Below, piece after piece: positions 46,661 through 56,794 of a DNA stretch of 64,000 nucleotides. Position 1 is the stretch's first letter. Every line of letters begins with the position of its first letter. Made by a program: the position numbers and the translations under genes. The stretch covers positions 1-64,000 of the forward strand of contig JBDRPD010000063.1 in the NCBI GenBank assembly GCA_043827405.1, written 5' to 3'. The stretch is from Elusimicrobiota bacterium. Its GTDB lineage: Bacteria; Elusimicrobiota; Elusimicrobia; UBA1565. The notes beneath the pieces were generated by a model. That model searched no databases. It was not told the origin of the DNA and saw only the letters and a program-made list of their open reading frames with translations.

Positions 46661-48340
46661 TCACTTTCCACCGTCGTTTTTTCCCCGCAGGCGCTCGACC
46701 TCGGCCTTCAGCCTGAATATCTCGTTCATGCGCTCCTTATCCTGGCGGGCATAGGATTCCTCCCAGGCGCGCTGCGTATCCTTGAACATCGTCTCCAAGG
46801 TGTTGTACTCGCGAACGGCCTGCGACAGCCGTTCCTCATAATCCTCTTTTTCGCGCACCCATTCCCGCTCGCTCTCGGCCTTCTTGCGATCACGTCCGAC
46901 ATCCGCCGTCAGACAGGACTTCTGCAGCTGGGAGAGACGCTCCTGCTGGACCGCAAGCTGCTCGCGGGCCTGCGCCAATTCCGCCGCCGCCGCGCGGCGC
47001 GCCTGGTCGGACTCCCCCAACTGCCGGCGCAGATCGTCGCGCTCGCCGCACGCCTCCGCGGCGTCGGCGAGCTTGCTGCGCAGCGCGGCGGCCTCAGCCA
47101 GGACCGCCGCATCCGTCGGCTCCGCGCCCTGGACCGCCGCCAGCTCGGCGCGGGCCGCCTCGGTCTCACGCTCCAGCTCATCGACGCATTTGCGCGCGCT
47201 GCCGAGCTCCTTCTCGACCGCCCGCCGCTGCGCGTTCGCCGCGTCCACCTTCTCACGCAGCGCGAGCACGTCCTCCCGCGCCTCGAACAGCGCCCGCTCC
47301 AGCCGCGTAACTTCCGCGAGGGCCTCGTCGCGCTCTTCCTCCACGCGCCCGCGCTGGCGGCTGACACGCTGGCACTCGACCTCGGCCTCCTCACGCACGC
47401 GCACCGCCTCTTCCAGCCGGGCGCGCAGCCGGCTCAAATCAAGGAGCTTTTCCCAGGCATTCTCCATCACCTGCCGCATCCGCGCGACCCGCTCCTCATG
47501 CAGCCGGTTTTGCTGCAGCGCCGCTTCGCGCAGGCGGGCTATCTCGGCGATGCTCTCCCCGGCGAGCCGCTCCTTCTCCTCGAGATCGGCGCAGTCCAAC
47601 GCCCGGGCTCTCAGCGACGCGCGCGCTTCCTCCAGCTCCAGCTCCTTTTCCCGCAGCGCCCGCATTGACGCTTCCGCGTCCTGCGCCCGCTCCAGCGCGC
47701 GCTCTTTTTCCCGCAGCGCCTCATCCAGTCCCGCCTGTTTGCCCGCCCGAACCTCTTCCAGCGCCGCGCGCGCGCCGGCGGCGTCATCCCGCGCGCGGCG
47801 CAGCGCGGTCCGGGCCGCGTCCAGTTCCTCGGCCAGCATCTTTATCCGCCGGTCACGCTCGGCGATCGGCTCGGCGAGCGCCGCCGGATCGAGCTCGAGG
47901 CGCGGACGCGCGGCATCCAGCAGCTCGCCGCGCACGGAACGAATGCGCTCCTCCTCGCGGTCGGAGCATTCCTCAAACATCCGCGTCAGCAGTCCGCAGC
48001 CCTCTTCGGCCAGCTTCAGCCGGCCCTCGTACTCCATTTCCAGCAGAACCGTACGCGCGCGGAACTCGTCCTCGCCGACGGGGCCGGACAACAGCTTGGC
48101 GCGGAAGGTCTCGGCGGCGGCTTCGAGGTTGCGGCGGGCTTCGCGCAGCCGGCGCATCAGGTCGGAGACGGCGTCCCGGTAACGGCCGGCGGAGACCCTC
48201 CAGTTATCCAGCGAACGGTCTTCGATCTGCTGCAGCCGGTCGCGCACGGCCTCCAGAGCCTGCTGCTCGGCCCGGCGCAGGCCGCTCGCCGCGGTCTCCG
48301 GGGGACCGGATTCGCTGTCGGGTTCGGTCGAAGACATCAA
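46661..48340 (-). CDS. Long coiled-coil protein
   Basis: E/R/A/L-rich heptad-like sequence over about 500 aa; no Walker motif. Confidence 0.65.
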   Translation of the reverse strand: MMSSTEPDSESGPPETAASGLRRAEQQALEAVRDRLQQIEDRSLDNWRVSAGRYRDAVSDLMRRLREARRNLEAAAETFRAKLLSGPVGEDEFRARTVLLEMEYEGRLKLAEEGCGLLTRMFEECSDREEERIRSVRGELLDAARPRLELDPAALAEPIAERDRRIKMLAEELDAARTALRRARDDAAGARAALEEVRAGKQAGLDEALREKERALERAQDAEASMRALREKELELEEARASLRARALDCADLEEKERLAGESIAEIARLREAALQQNRLHEERVARMRQVMENAWEKLLDLSRLRARLEEAVRVREEAEVECQRVSRQRGRVEEERDEALAEVTRLERALFEAREDVLALREKVDAANAQRRAVEKELGSARKCVDELERETEAARAELAAVQGAEPTDAAVLAEAAALRSKLADAAEACGERDDLRRQLGESDQARRAAAAELAQAREQLAVQQERLSQLQKSCLTADVGRDRKKAESEREWVREKEDYEERLSQAVREYNTLETMFKDTQRAWEESYARQDKERMNEIFRLKAEVERLRGKNDGGK

Positions 48341-48358
48341 CGGCCTACCTTACAAATT

Positions 48359-48991
48359 TCATGGCCGGCGCAGAAGGCTCAGCAGGCAGCAGACGTCGCC
48401 GTCCTTCTCCGCCCGGCCGAGCACGATCTCGGACTCCAGAGCCAGGCCCAAGCGCTCAAAACGTTCGCGATAGCCGCGGCGCAGGGCCCGCTCGGCCTCT
48501 CCGGCGAAGCCGTGCGCCAGCAGCGCCAGACCGCCGGGCACCAGCCAGCCGGCGAGCCGCGCGAAGACGCGCTCGAACTCATCGCGCACCAACGGCTTGT
48601 CCATGTAGTAGAGCACGTCGCCGAGCACGATCAGATCGAAACGGCCGCCGGCCGCCGGCTCCCAGACGCGCACGTCCGCCTCGAAAAACTCCACGCCGCC
48701 ATAGTCCGCCAGCGCCGCGCGCGCGCGCGACAGCGCGACCGGCGACAGCTCAAGGCCCGTAACCTGCTCGGCCAAACCGGCGAGGCTCGCGGTGAACACC
48801 CCCTCGGCGCTGCCGATCTCGAGCGCGCGCTTGAAGGTCCGGCCTCGCAGGGCTTCCCGCATGCCTTCCAGGCGCTGACGCTCATAGGCGCTGTCCTGGT
48901 AGCGGTAGGGATCGCGGCCCCGCGAGAACACGCGATTCATCTTGCGCCGGGTCGCCCAACGATGCCACAGCAGGCGCAGGCCCTCTAGCAT
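48359..48991 (-). CDS. NodS-like SAM-dependent methyltransferase
   Basis: DPY.Y..S.YE, ALEIGSAEG.FT..LA, FDLIVL.DVLYY. Confidence 0.8.
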   Translation of the reverse strand: MLEGLRLLWHRWATRRKMNRVFSRGRDPYRYQDSAYERQRLEGMREALRGRTFKRALEIGSAEGVFTASLAGLAEQVTGLELSPVALSRARAALADYGGVEFFEADVRVWEPAAGGRFDLIVLGDVLYYMDKPLVRDEFERVFARLAGWLVPGGLALLAHGFAGEAERALRRGYRERFERLGLALESEIVLGRAEKDGDVCCLLSLLRRP

Positions 48992-50859
48992 GCCGTCCTC
49001 CGCTTAAGCGCGTCAAGCCACAGGCCCAGTATCGCGACCCGGAAGAAGAGCCCGGCGTCGGCCCGGCCGCTCCCGCCGCGCAACTCTCCCCGCATCCACT
49101 GCAGATGCCCGCGGTCGAACACACCCCAGTCTTCAAGGCCGCGCGAGGACAGCAGGTCGTCGAGCGCCGGATTATCCGGCCGCCGGACCCACTCCTCCCA
49201 GGGGACGACGAAGCCGTGCTTGCGCCGCCAGGCGATGCGGGGCGGCAAGTACTTGGCCGCCAGCCGGCGCAGCAGGTATTTCCCCTTGAGCCGCCGGATC
49301 TTGATGGAAGCCGGCAGGTGCATCGCATACTCCACCAGGCGCCGGTCCAGAAACGGAACGCGCGCCTCGAGCGAGGCCCGCATAGTGGTCTTGTCGACCT
49401 TCATCAGCAGGCAGTCCGCCAGCACGGTGCGCAAATCGAAGGCGAGCGCGCCGTTGAGGCTGTGCGGCTCCTCGGGGTCCTTGAGCCACTCCCAGGGATC
49501 GACGTGCGCGGCGCGGTCGAGGAACTCCCGCCGGCACACCGCGGTAAAAGTCTCCGGATCGGTATGGCGGTTGGCCTCCGCCCAGGCGCGCAGCCCCCGG
49601 TGCGGCATGCGCGCGAAGACCGCCCCCTTCCCGAAGCGCCGCGCCACGGCGACGGCGAGCCCGCGCCCCCAACGCGGCACGCGGTCGAGACGCTCGGAAA
49701 GATAGGCCGCCTTGTAGCGGTTGTAGCCGGCAAAAATCTCGTCGGCGCCTTCCCCCGTCAATACCACCTTGACGTGCTCACGCGCGAACTTCGCCAACAG
49801 GTAGGTGGGCAGGATGGCGGAGTCCGCTATGGGCTCGTCGAGGCCGTCCACCAGCTCGTCGACCCGGCCGAGCGCGTCCCCCGGCAGGATCAGCTCGTGG
49901 TGCTGGGTCCCCAGATAGCGCGCGACCGTACGCGCGTGCGCCGACTCGTCGAGCCCGGCCGCAACGCCGGTGAAGCCGATACTGAAAGTCGAGACGGTCT
50001 TGCCCGCGGCCCGCGCCATGATCGCCGTGATCAGCGAGGAATCGACGCCGCCGCTCAAAAACGCGCCGACGGGGACATCGCTCATCAGCTGTCCGCGCAC
50101 CGAGGCGATCAGGAGCCGCTCCACCTGATCCATCGCCTCGCCGATCCCCGGCCCCCGGCCGCCATGGCCGCGCGTCTCCCACGGCGGACGCGGCGGAATC
50201 TCCCAGTACTTCTCGATCGCCAGCCCATGCGCGTTCACGCGCAGCAGGTGACCCGGCGGCAGCTTGAGCACCGAATCAAGCACGGTACGCGGGGAATGGG
50301 TAAAGCCGTAGGCCAGATAGTCGAGGACTCCCGAAGGGTCCAGCGCGCGCTCCTGCGTCAACGTCGTCAGCGCGCGCAGCTCGGACGCGAACGCCAGCCG
50401 CTTGCCGTCGAAATGATAGTACAGGGGCTTGATACCCAGCGGGTCGCGGGCGAGCAGCAGCTCATGCTTCTCCGCGTCCCAAACCGCGAAGGCGAACATC
50501 CCTTCGATACGCCGCAGCGCCGCCGCCCCTTCCTGGGCGTAGAGATGAAGCAGGGTCTCGGTATCGCAATGGGTGCGGTAAACGGTGCCGCCGCGCTCCA
50601 GCTCCTCTTTGAGCTGCGGATGATTGTAGATCTCGCCGTTGTAGACGATCGAGAAGCGCCCGGACGGAGAACGCATCGGCTGCTGGCCGCGCGCGAGATC
50701 CAAAATCGACAGCCGGCGAAAGGCGAAGGCGACAGGCCCCTCGGCCCAGTCGCCCGACTCGTCCGGCCCGCGGTGCGCCAGGGCGGCGGCCGCCGCCGCC
50801 GCCGCGCCGCGGTCCGCGCACGATCCGTCCAGCCTAAACTCGCCCGCGATGCCGCACAT
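48985..50859 (-). CDS. asnB: Asparagine synthase (glutamine-hydrolysing) family amidotransferase
   Basis: MCGIAG start at 50859, HRGPD, RRLSILD, YNGEIYN, LSGGVDSS, GEGADE, EARVPFLD. Confidence 0.92.
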   Translation of the reverse strand: MCGIAGEFRLDGSCADRGAAAAAAAALAHRGPDESGDWAEGPVAFAFRRLSILDLARGQQPMRSPSGRFSIVYNGEIYNHPQLKEELERGGTVYRTHCDTETLLHLYAQEGAAALRRIEGMFAFAVWDAEKHELLLARDPLGIKPLYYHFDGKRLAFASELRALTTLTQERALDPSGVLDYLAYGFTHSPRTVLDSVLKLPPGHLLRVNAHGLAIEKYWEIPPRPPWETRGHGGRGPGIGEAMDQVERLLIASVRGQLMSDVPVGAFLSGGVDSSLITAIMARAAGKTVSTFSIGFTGVAAGLDESAHARTVARYLGTQHHELILPGDALGRVDELVDGLDEPIADSAILPTYLLAKFAREHVKVVLTGEGADEIFAGYNRYKAAYLSERLDRVPRWGRGLAVAVARRFGKGAVFARMPHRGLRAWAEANRHTDPETFTAVCRREFLDRAAHVDPWEWLKDPEEPHSLNGALAFDLRTVLADCLLMKVDKTTMRASLEARVPFLDRRLVEYAMHLPASIKIRRLKGKYLLRRLAAKYLPPRIAWRRKHGFVVPWEEWVRRPDNPALDDLLSSRGLEDWGVFDRGHLQWMRGELRGGSGRADAGLFFRVAILGLWLDALKRRTAC

Positions 50860-51583
50860 CTCGGCGCCCTCCCCGGTCGACGAGCGCCTGAAAGCGCTGC
50901 GCGTCTTTCCACATCGCGTGGGTGGCAAAGAATACGTAGGCGGCTTTGCCGGCGCAGCGATCATAGACCGTCCGCAGCTCGTCGTCGGTATAGCTGCAGG
51001 TCCGATCATAGCGGGTCCGGCCCGCCAGGCGGAAGTAATGGACGCCGCCGCATTCGCCCGCCCCGGCGAGCGGGTCCGTCCCATGAATCAGGTTCAGGTC
51101 GCGGCAGATCTGGCGAATCATGCGGGCTTCCCATTTGCCGTCCGGCATCCAGACAAAAGACGCGCCGCCGCGCCGCAGGTCCTTGAAAAAGCGGTACATA
51201 TCGCGCAGGGGATCGGCCCCCGGATAGAAAGTCGCCGGCGTGCGAAACAGCACAAAATTAGGCCGCAGCAATTCCAGCGCCTCGCCGAACAGGGACCAGG
51301 CCTCGCGCACCTCCGGCGTCGAACGAAAGTGTCCGTAGCGCAGCATGCGGTCGCGGGAAATCCGGGGACGCAGGCGCGGCAGGATACCGCTGGCGCAGGG
51401 ATGGGTGAGCGGCCGCCAAGCACTGACGGATAGCTGCGTCTGCGGCGGGATGTCGCGCCGCCAACGCTCGAGCGTACTGCGGCGCGGCAGCTGCAGAAAG
51501 GTCGAGGCGATCTCCACCGCGCGCAAGTGCTGAAAATAGCGGGCGCGGGCCACGGGGAAACCGGAGCATCCCGTGTGGATCAT
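50834..51583 (-). CDS. DUF72 domain protein
   Basis: GCSGF, VEI.STF..LP, LTH, FRTP.TF, YFRL.G...Y...EL. Confidence 0.85.
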   Translation of the reverse strand: MIHTGCSGFPVARARYFQHLRAVEIASTFLQLPRRSTLERWRRDIPPQTQLSVSAWRPLTHPCASGILPRLRPRISRDRMLRYGHFRSTPEVREAWSLFGEALELLRPNFVLFRTPATFYPGADPLRDMYRFFKDLRRGGASFVWMPDGKWEARMIRQICRDLNLIHGTDPLAGAGECGGVHYFRLAGRTRYDRTCSYTDDELRTVYDRCAGKAAYVFFATHAMWKDAQRFQALVDRGGRRDVRHRGRV

Positions 51584-51598
51584 GAGCGCGCGCCCCGG

Positions 51599-51889
51599 CT
51601 AGCTCTCGCGCACCGAACGGGCGACGGTATCAGGAAGGAACCGCGAGAAGCGAACCAGATAGCCGGCCAGCCCCGCGCAGGCGAGCCCGTAAACGAGTTC
51701 GAAGACGCCGTAGCGGCGCCATTCCTCCCGGCTGATAAATCCCCAAGGAGAAGGGGCATAGAGGTTGGCCTCCGGCAAACCCCAGATCAAGTCGTACACG
51801 CCGCGGCCCGCCGCCAACACGCCCCAAACGCCGAACACCCAGGCGGCGAGAACCGCCAAACCCCGGATTTTGACCCTGTCCTGCGCCAA
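51599..51889 (-). CDS. Small two-TM membrane protein
   Basis: Two hydrophobic helices; 1 nt after the rpsI stop. Confidence 0.6.
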   Translation of the reverse strand: MAQDRVKIRGLAVLAAWVFGVWGVLAAGRGVYDLIWGLPEANLYAPSPWGFISREEWRRYGVFELVYGLACAGLAGYLVRFSRFLPDTVARSVRES

Positions 51890-51890
51890 A

Positions 51891-52298
51891 TTAACGCTTG
51901 GAGTACTGGAAACGCTTGCGGGCCTTCGGGCGTCCGGGCTTCTTGCGTTCGACCTTGCGGTCGTCGCGCGTCAGGAAACCCTCGCGGCGCATGAGCCGCC
52001 TGTTTTCCTCGCCGATCTTGGCGAGCGCCCGGGCTATCCCATGACGGATCGCCTCGGCCTGACCGGTGATGCCGCCGCCGGTGACCTTCGCGCGCACGTC
52101 AAATCCCTTCGCCGCCTCGATCTTGCCCAGAGGCTTTTTTACATTGTCGATGTGACGATGGTTGCCGCCGAAGAAATCTTCGATCGACTTCTTATTGACG
52201 GCGATCTTGCCGTCGCCGTTCGGGATCAGACGAACCTGCGCGACGGAAGTCTTCCGCCGCCCCGTAGCCATGAGTATGCCGCTGTTCTTATCAGACAC
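51891..52298 (-). CDS. rpsI: 30S ribosomal protein S9
   Basis: ATGRRKTSVA, GGGITGQA, ERKKPG..KARK..QYSKR. Confidence 0.98.
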   Translation of the reverse strand: MSDKNSGILMATGRRKTSVAQVRLIPNGDGKIAVNKKSIEDFFGGNHRHIDNVKKPLGKIEAAKGFDVRAKVTGGGITGQAEAIRHGIARALAKIGEENRRLMRREGFLTRDDRKVERKKPGRPKARKRFQYSKR

Positions 52299-52731
52299 TG
52301 ACTTCCTCCAGCTTTTGCGCGTCATGCGGATGGCTGTCGCCCTTGTAGATCTTCAGCCGACGCATCTGATGCTGCCGCAAACGTGTAACCGGCAGCATAC
52401 CCTTCACGGCGGCCTCGATGACTTTGCGGGGGTCCCTCTCCATCTGCAGCTTAAAGGGAATCACTTTGGCGCCCTTGGCGTATCCCGAATGCCTAAAATA
52501 GGTCTTGGTGCCGGCTTTGTCACCGGTCAGCCGAACCGCGGACGCGTTGGTTACCACAACGAAGTCCCCACAGTCGACAGAAGGCGAGAAAAAGACCTTG
52601 TGCTTGCCTCGGAGGAGAAGCGCCGCTTTCGACGCGACCCGCCCCAAAACAGACTTTTTGGCGTCGATCAACATCCAGCGCCTGCGCTCTTGAGCGTATT
52701 TTGTATTAATTTCAGTCGTTTTTTGAGTCAT
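52291..52731 (-). CDS. rplM: 50S ribosomal protein L13
   Basis: WMLIDA...LGRVAS...LRGKHK..FSPSVDCGD, VKGMLP; start at 52731. Confidence 0.97.
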   Translation of the reverse strand: MTQKTTEINTKYAQERRRWMLIDAKKSVLGRVASKAALLLRGKHKVFFSPSVDCGDFVVVTNASAVRLTGDKAGTKTYFRHSGYAKGAKVIPFKLQMERDPRKVIEAAVKGMLPVTRLRQHQMRRLKIYKGDSHPHDAQKLEEVSV

Positions 52732-52740
52732 AAGGGATTT

Positions 52741-52769
52741 AGTATACAAAATACGTTTTTGCCGTGCAA
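52741..52769 (-). promoter_or_regulatory. Promoter of rplM-rpsI
   Basis: TTGCAC-17-TATACT, ending 9 nt before the ATG. Confidence 0.65.
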
Positions 52770-53648
52770 TCAGCCTTTTTCTTTGGCGCGCTGACGCATC
52801 ACCAGCGCCATCATGGGATCGGACGGCGACAATAGATAGTAAACCTTCTCCCGGGTGGCGATCACCTGCAGGGAACTGTCCTGCACCAGCTGCTCCTCGG
52901 TCATCTTCGCGGACTTCAGGAGGAACTGGACCTCGCTCTCCGCGATCTTGACGTAGCCGGAACGCATCAGGGCATCGATTTTTGCAATGGCTTCCTTGTC
53001 CGCCGGCGGCCGCGCGCCGATCTTCTTCTTGGGCGGCGGCGGCAGCGCGCGCCGCGCGGGCGCCGTCAGGTTCGCGGGCGGACGGACGGTGCCGCTGACC
53101 CGGCCGTCGGAGTACTTCCAAAAAACGGGGAGCTTGCGCTGGACGCGATTATACGCCTCGATGCCGTGCTGGGTCAGCATCCCCTTATCGGTAAACCAAC
53201 GTTTGCCCTGAATGCTCCGAATCTCGAAGACGTACTTCGCCTCGGCGTTTTTAGTTTCGAAGTAGGCGCGCGCGTCCTGGGACAAGTAGAAGATGAAGCG
53301 GTCGTAGCCCGGCTGCGTCAACCACAGGCGCTTGGCGCCGCTGACCACCGGCTCGGCCGCCGCCCCGCGCAGCGACCCCAGCTTGGCCAGCAGCAGGTCG
53401 AACGCGCCGAGCGCCTGCGCCTCGCGCAGGCGCAGCAGCCGGGTGTACTGCGCGGGAGACCAGCTCTTTTCATTCTCGCCGAGAATCCGCCGCGCCCGCA
53501 TCTCTATCAGCAGCTGCTCGCGGTCCTTGGCGACGACATCCGCCGTCCAGCTTTCCGGACGCGGCAGAGCCGCCGGCTCCGCGCGCGCGATCCCCGTGCC
53601 GAAAAAAAACCCGGTCAGCAGCAGCGCGGCAAGGAGCCGCCGGCTAAT
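52770..53648 (-). CDS. Hypothetical exported protein (start uncertain)
   Basis: Signal-peptide-like [23 protein letters not shown] right after the dcd stop; no ATG, GTG or TTG at the junction. Confidence 0.6.
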   Translation of the reverse strand: MSRRLLAALLLTGFFFGTGIARAEPAALPRPESWTADVVAKDREQLLIEMRARRILGENEKSWSPAQYTRLLRLREAQALGAFDLLLAKLGSLRGAAAEPVVSGAKRLWLTQPGYDRFIFYLSQDARAYFETKNAEAKYVFEIRSIQGKRWFTDKGMLTQHGIEAYNRVQRKLPVFWKYSDGRVSGTVRPPANLTAPARRALPPPPKKKIGARPPADKEAIAKIDALMRSGYVKIAESEVQFLLKSAKMTEEQLVQDSSLQVIATREKVYYLLSPSDPMMALVMRQRAKEKG

Positions 53649-54213
53649 TCGTTGATCCCCGGAGGATGCGCGGCAGGACGACGCCGGTCTGGTTCTGGTA
53701 TTTGCCTTTACGGTCGGCATAGCTGGTCTCACAAATCTCGCTGCCCTGGAAGAACAGCAGCTGCGCGATGCCCTCATTGGAGTAGATCTTGGCCGGCAGG
53801 GGCGTGGTATTGCTGATCTCGATAGTGAGTATCCCCTCCCACCCCGGCTCGAGCGGCGTCACGTTGACGATGATGCCGCAGCGGGCATAGGTGCTCTTGC
53901 CCAGGCAGATCGCCAAAACTTCCCGCGGGATGCGAAAGTACTCTATCGTGCGCGCCAGCGCGAAGGAGTTCGGCGGAACGATGCAGTACTCCCCTTTATA
54001 ATCAACAAAGGACTGGCGGTCGAAGTTCTTGGGATCCACGACCTTGGCCAGGGCATTGGTGAAAATCTTGTACTCGTCGGCGACCCGGATATCGTAGCCG
54101 TAAGAAGAGAGCCCATAGGACACCTTGCCCTCGGCCTCGAGCTTCTCCACGAAGGGCTCAATCATCCGGTTTTCCAGACTCTGTTTCCGAATCCACTTAT
54201 CAGACTTAATCAT
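53644..54213 (-). CDS. dcd: dCTP deaminase
   Basis: [45 protein letters not shown]. Confidence 0.97.
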   Translation of the reverse strand: MIKSDKWIRKQSLENRMIEPFVEKLEAEGKVSYGLSSYGYDIRVADEYKIFTNALAKVVDPKNFDRQSFVDYKGEYCIVPPNSFALARTIEYFRIPREVLAICLGKSTYARCGIIVNVTPLEPGWEGILTIEISNTTPLPAKIYSNEGIAQLLFFQGSEICETSYADRKGKYQNQTGVVLPRILRGSTN

Positions 54214-54219
54214 ATGTAT

Positions 54220-54305
54220 CGGTACCGGCCTTCAACTTATTGGAATTATTAACCGCCCTCATTGTACAAAAGTGCATAAGTTGAATAAGTTGCAGGCCGG
54301 TACCG
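54220..54305. repeat. GGTACCGG-type inverted-repeat element, subtype A copy 2
   Basis: 22-bp arms CGGTACCGGCCTTCAACTTATT (54220-54241 and 54284-54305, 1 mismatch); shares 30 nt with the copy at 14999. Confidence 0.9.
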
Positions 54306-54309
54306 TGAC

Positions 54310-55140
54310 TTATAGGCGGGAGGCGGTCCAGGCCTTGAGGGCGAGGGCGGCTTTGCGCCAAGCGGGGACGCGCACCTTCTGGAAGAAGACGCGATAGTCC
54401 TCGTCGCGGATACGCGCCAGGACGTCTTCGTAAACACTCGCCATGATCTCGGCCGGCAGCATGGCCGCCCGATCACCGGGATGCAGCAGGCCGCGCGCGG
54501 CGCCGAAGAAGCCACGAACGCGCTCGCACTCAAGCGCCATGAGACGCCGGAATGCCGGCGTATGCTTGCGCGCCGTCAGCTCCTCCAGGGAGTAGCCGCT
54601 GTCGCGGATGTCCGCCAGCGGCAGGTAGATGCGTCCGCGCTCGAGGTCCGCGCCCACGTCGCGTAAAATATTGGTCAGCTGCATAGCGTTGCCCATCTCG
54701 ACGGCGTAGGAGCGGATGGCGTCGGCCGGCGTGCGGCGATAGCCGAAAATTTTGACGCACAGGAGCCCGACCGTACCGGCCGCCCCGAAGAGATAGCGTT
54801 TGAGATCGGCGAACGTCTCATAGCGGTTCTTCTCCAGGTCCAGCTCCATTCCGGCGATCAGCTCCACGAAACCCTCGCGCGGCAGGTCGAACTCGCCGAC
54901 GAAGGGCTGGAGCCGCCGAGAGATCGCATGGGTGGGATTGCCGGCGTAGAGCCGGTCGATCTCGGCGCGCCAAAAATCAAGCTCCCGCCTCGCCTCGTCA
55001 ACGCTCAGCGTCCCGGAATCGACGATGTCGTCGACGCGGCGACAGTAGGCGTAGACGGCCGAGAGCGCCTCGCGCCGGCGCTTGGAAAGGAACAGGAAGC
55101 CTAGATAGAAATTGGAGCTTTTTTCCGGCGCCTGGGTCAC
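54310..55140 (-). CDS. Squalene/phytoene synthase family (HpnD/CrtB-like)
   Basis: SNFYLGF, YAYCRRVDDIVD, QLTNILRDV..D..RGRIYLP; GTGA overlap with obgE. Confidence 0.9.
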   Translation of the reverse strand: MTQAPEKSSNFYLGFLFLSKRRREALSAVYAYCRRVDDIVDSGTLSVDEARRELDFWRAEIDRLYAGNPTHAISRRLQPFVGEFDLPREGFVELIAGMELDLEKNRYETFADLKRYLFGAAGTVGLLCVKIFGYRRTPADAIRSYAVEMGNAMQLTNILRDVGADLERGRIYLPLADIRDSGYSLEELTARKHTPAFRRLMALECERVRGFFGAARGLLHPGDRAAMLPAEIMASVYEDVLARIRDEDYRVFFQKVRVPAWRKAALALKAWTASRL

Positions 55141-56447
55141 CGCGGCCGCCCCCGCTTCGACAGCTTGGGCGGGCGCTGGGGACGCGCGTCGGTCCAGTCC
55201 ATCTCGAGCGAGCCGAGGCAGACGGTGTCGCCTTCGCACACCCCCACGGATTTGAGCGCGCGGTCCACGCCGATGCGGCGCAGGGTCTTCTGCAGACGGT
55301 AGAGCGCCTCCAGCAGCGTGATGTCCGTCATCGAAGCCGCCCGCTCGATGAAGCGTCCCGTGACCCTGAAGGTCGAGACGCCCGTGCGTTCGACCTGAAA
55401 TCCGGCATCGACCTTAACGGTGCGCAGCGCCGGCGCAGGAGCGAAGGGTTTCTCCGCGCGCGGACCGCGCTTGAGCTCGGCGAGTACGGCGTCCATAAGC
55501 TCGGACACTCCCGCTCCGGTCACCGCCGAGATGCCGAACACTTTGCGTTTGCGAAACCGCGCGCGCACGCGGCGCAGGGCTTCGCCGCCCTCGGGCAGAT
55601 CCTGCTTGTTGACCGCCAGCAGGCGCGGCTTGCCGGAGAGCTTGCAGCTGTAGCGGCGCAGCTCGTCCTCGATCCGGCGCACGCCGTCGGCGGCGGAGAC
55701 GCCGTCAAAGCCCAGCGGATCGATGAGGTGGATAAGCACGCGCGTGCGCTCCACATGGCGCAGGAAGTCGCCGCCGAGCCCCTTGCCCGCATGGGCGCCC
55801 TCGATAAGGCCGGGAATGTCCGCCGCCACGAAGCTGCGCTCCTTGTGCTTGACGATCCCCAGGTTCGGCGCCAAAGTGGTGAAGGGGTAGTCCGCGATCT
55901 TGGGCCGGGCGTTCGACACCCGCGAGAGCAGGGTGGATTTCCCGGCATTAGGGAAGCCCGCCAGCCCCACGTCCGCGATCAGCTTGACCTCGAGGACGAT
56001 CTCCACATCTTCGCCCGGCTCCCCTTTTTCGTAGATGCGCGGCGCGGTATTGTGCTGGGTCTTGAACGAAGTATTGCCCCTTCCGCCCCGTCCGCCGGCG
56101 GCCGCGCGCACGCGCGCGCCGTCCTGAGCGAGATCGGCGAGCAGCACGCCATTCTTGAATACCTGCGTTCCGACCGGGACCCGGGCGATGACGTCGTCGG
56201 CGTCCGCGCCCGTCTTATTCTTGCCTTTGCCGGCGCCGCCGGCGCGCGCTTCGATGCGCGGCCGATAAGAGAAATCGAGCAGCGTCCCCACATTGCTGTC
56301 GGCCGTGAAGACGACATCGCCGCCCCGGCCGCCGCTGCCGCCGTTAGGCCCGCCGAACTCGCGGAATTTCTCATGCAGAAACGACAGGCAGCCGCTGCCG
56401 CCGCTGCCGGCCTTCACGCGCACCCGGACTTTATCGATAAATTTCAT
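55137..56447 (-). CDS. obgE: GTPase ObgE/CgtA
   Basis: Gly-rich Obg fold, GFPNAGKST, YPFTT, DIPG, NKQD, C-terminal domain. Confidence 0.97.
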   Translation of the reverse strand: MKFIDKVRVRVKAGSGGSGCLSFLHEKFREFGGPNGGSGGRGGDVVFTADSNVGTLLDFSYRPRIEARAGGAGKGKNKTGADADDVIARVPVGTQVFKNGVLLADLAQDGARVRAAAGGRGGRGNTSFKTQHNTAPRIYEKGEPGEDVEIVLEVKLIADVGLAGFPNAGKSTLLSRVSNARPKIADYPFTTLAPNLGIVKHKERSFVAADIPGLIEGAHAGKGLGGDFLRHVERTRVLIHLIDPLGFDGVSAADGVRRIEDELRRYSCKLSGKPRLLAVNKQDLPEGGEALRRVRARFRKRKVFGISAVTGAGVSELMDAVLAELKRGPRAEKPFAPAPALRTVKVDAGFQVERTGVSTFRVTGRFIERAASMTDITLLEALYRLQKTLRRIGVDRALKSVGVCEGDTVCLGSLEMDWTDARPQRPPKLSKRGRPR

Positions 56448-56458
56448 AGGCTTTCACG

Positions 56459-56492
56459 AAAAGAAAAAGCGGGATGCGCAGGCATCCCGCTT
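56459..56492 (-). terminator. Intrinsic terminator after rpmA
   Basis: AAGCGGGATGC-CTGC-GCATCCCGCTT followed by TTTCTTTT. Confidence 0.8.
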
Positions 56493-56519
56493 CCGCCACT
56501 TAACATTGGTACCGGGTTG

Positions 56520-56780
56520 CTACTTCGCAGGAGGGTAGACGCAAATACGCTGCTTGCCCTTCTTCACCCACTCGAAGGTCACGACACCCGCGGCCGTCGC
56601 GAACAGCGTATCGTCGCGGCCGATGCCGACATTGGAGCCGGGAAGGAACTTCGTGCCGCGCTGGCGCACGATGATCATGCCGGCCTTGACGGACTGCCCG
56701 CCGAAGTTCTTTACGCCGAGACGCTGGCCCTCGCTGTCCCGGCCGTTGGTGGTGGATCCCTGCGCTTTTGTGTGTGCCAT
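56520..56780 (-). CDS. rpmA: 50S ribosomal protein L27
   Basis: [26 protein letters not shown]. Confidence 0.98.
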   Translation of the reverse strand: MAHTKAQGSTTNGRDSEGQRLGVKNFGGQSVKAGMIIVRQRGTKFLPGSNVGIGRDDTLFATAAGVVTFEWVKKGKQRICVYPPAK

Positions 56781-56794
56781 TATAAAGCTCCGGC

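Noticed and set aside
56505..56519. Fifth GGTACCGG element after rpmA
   Set aside because: Only the 8-bp core is present, with no partner arm.
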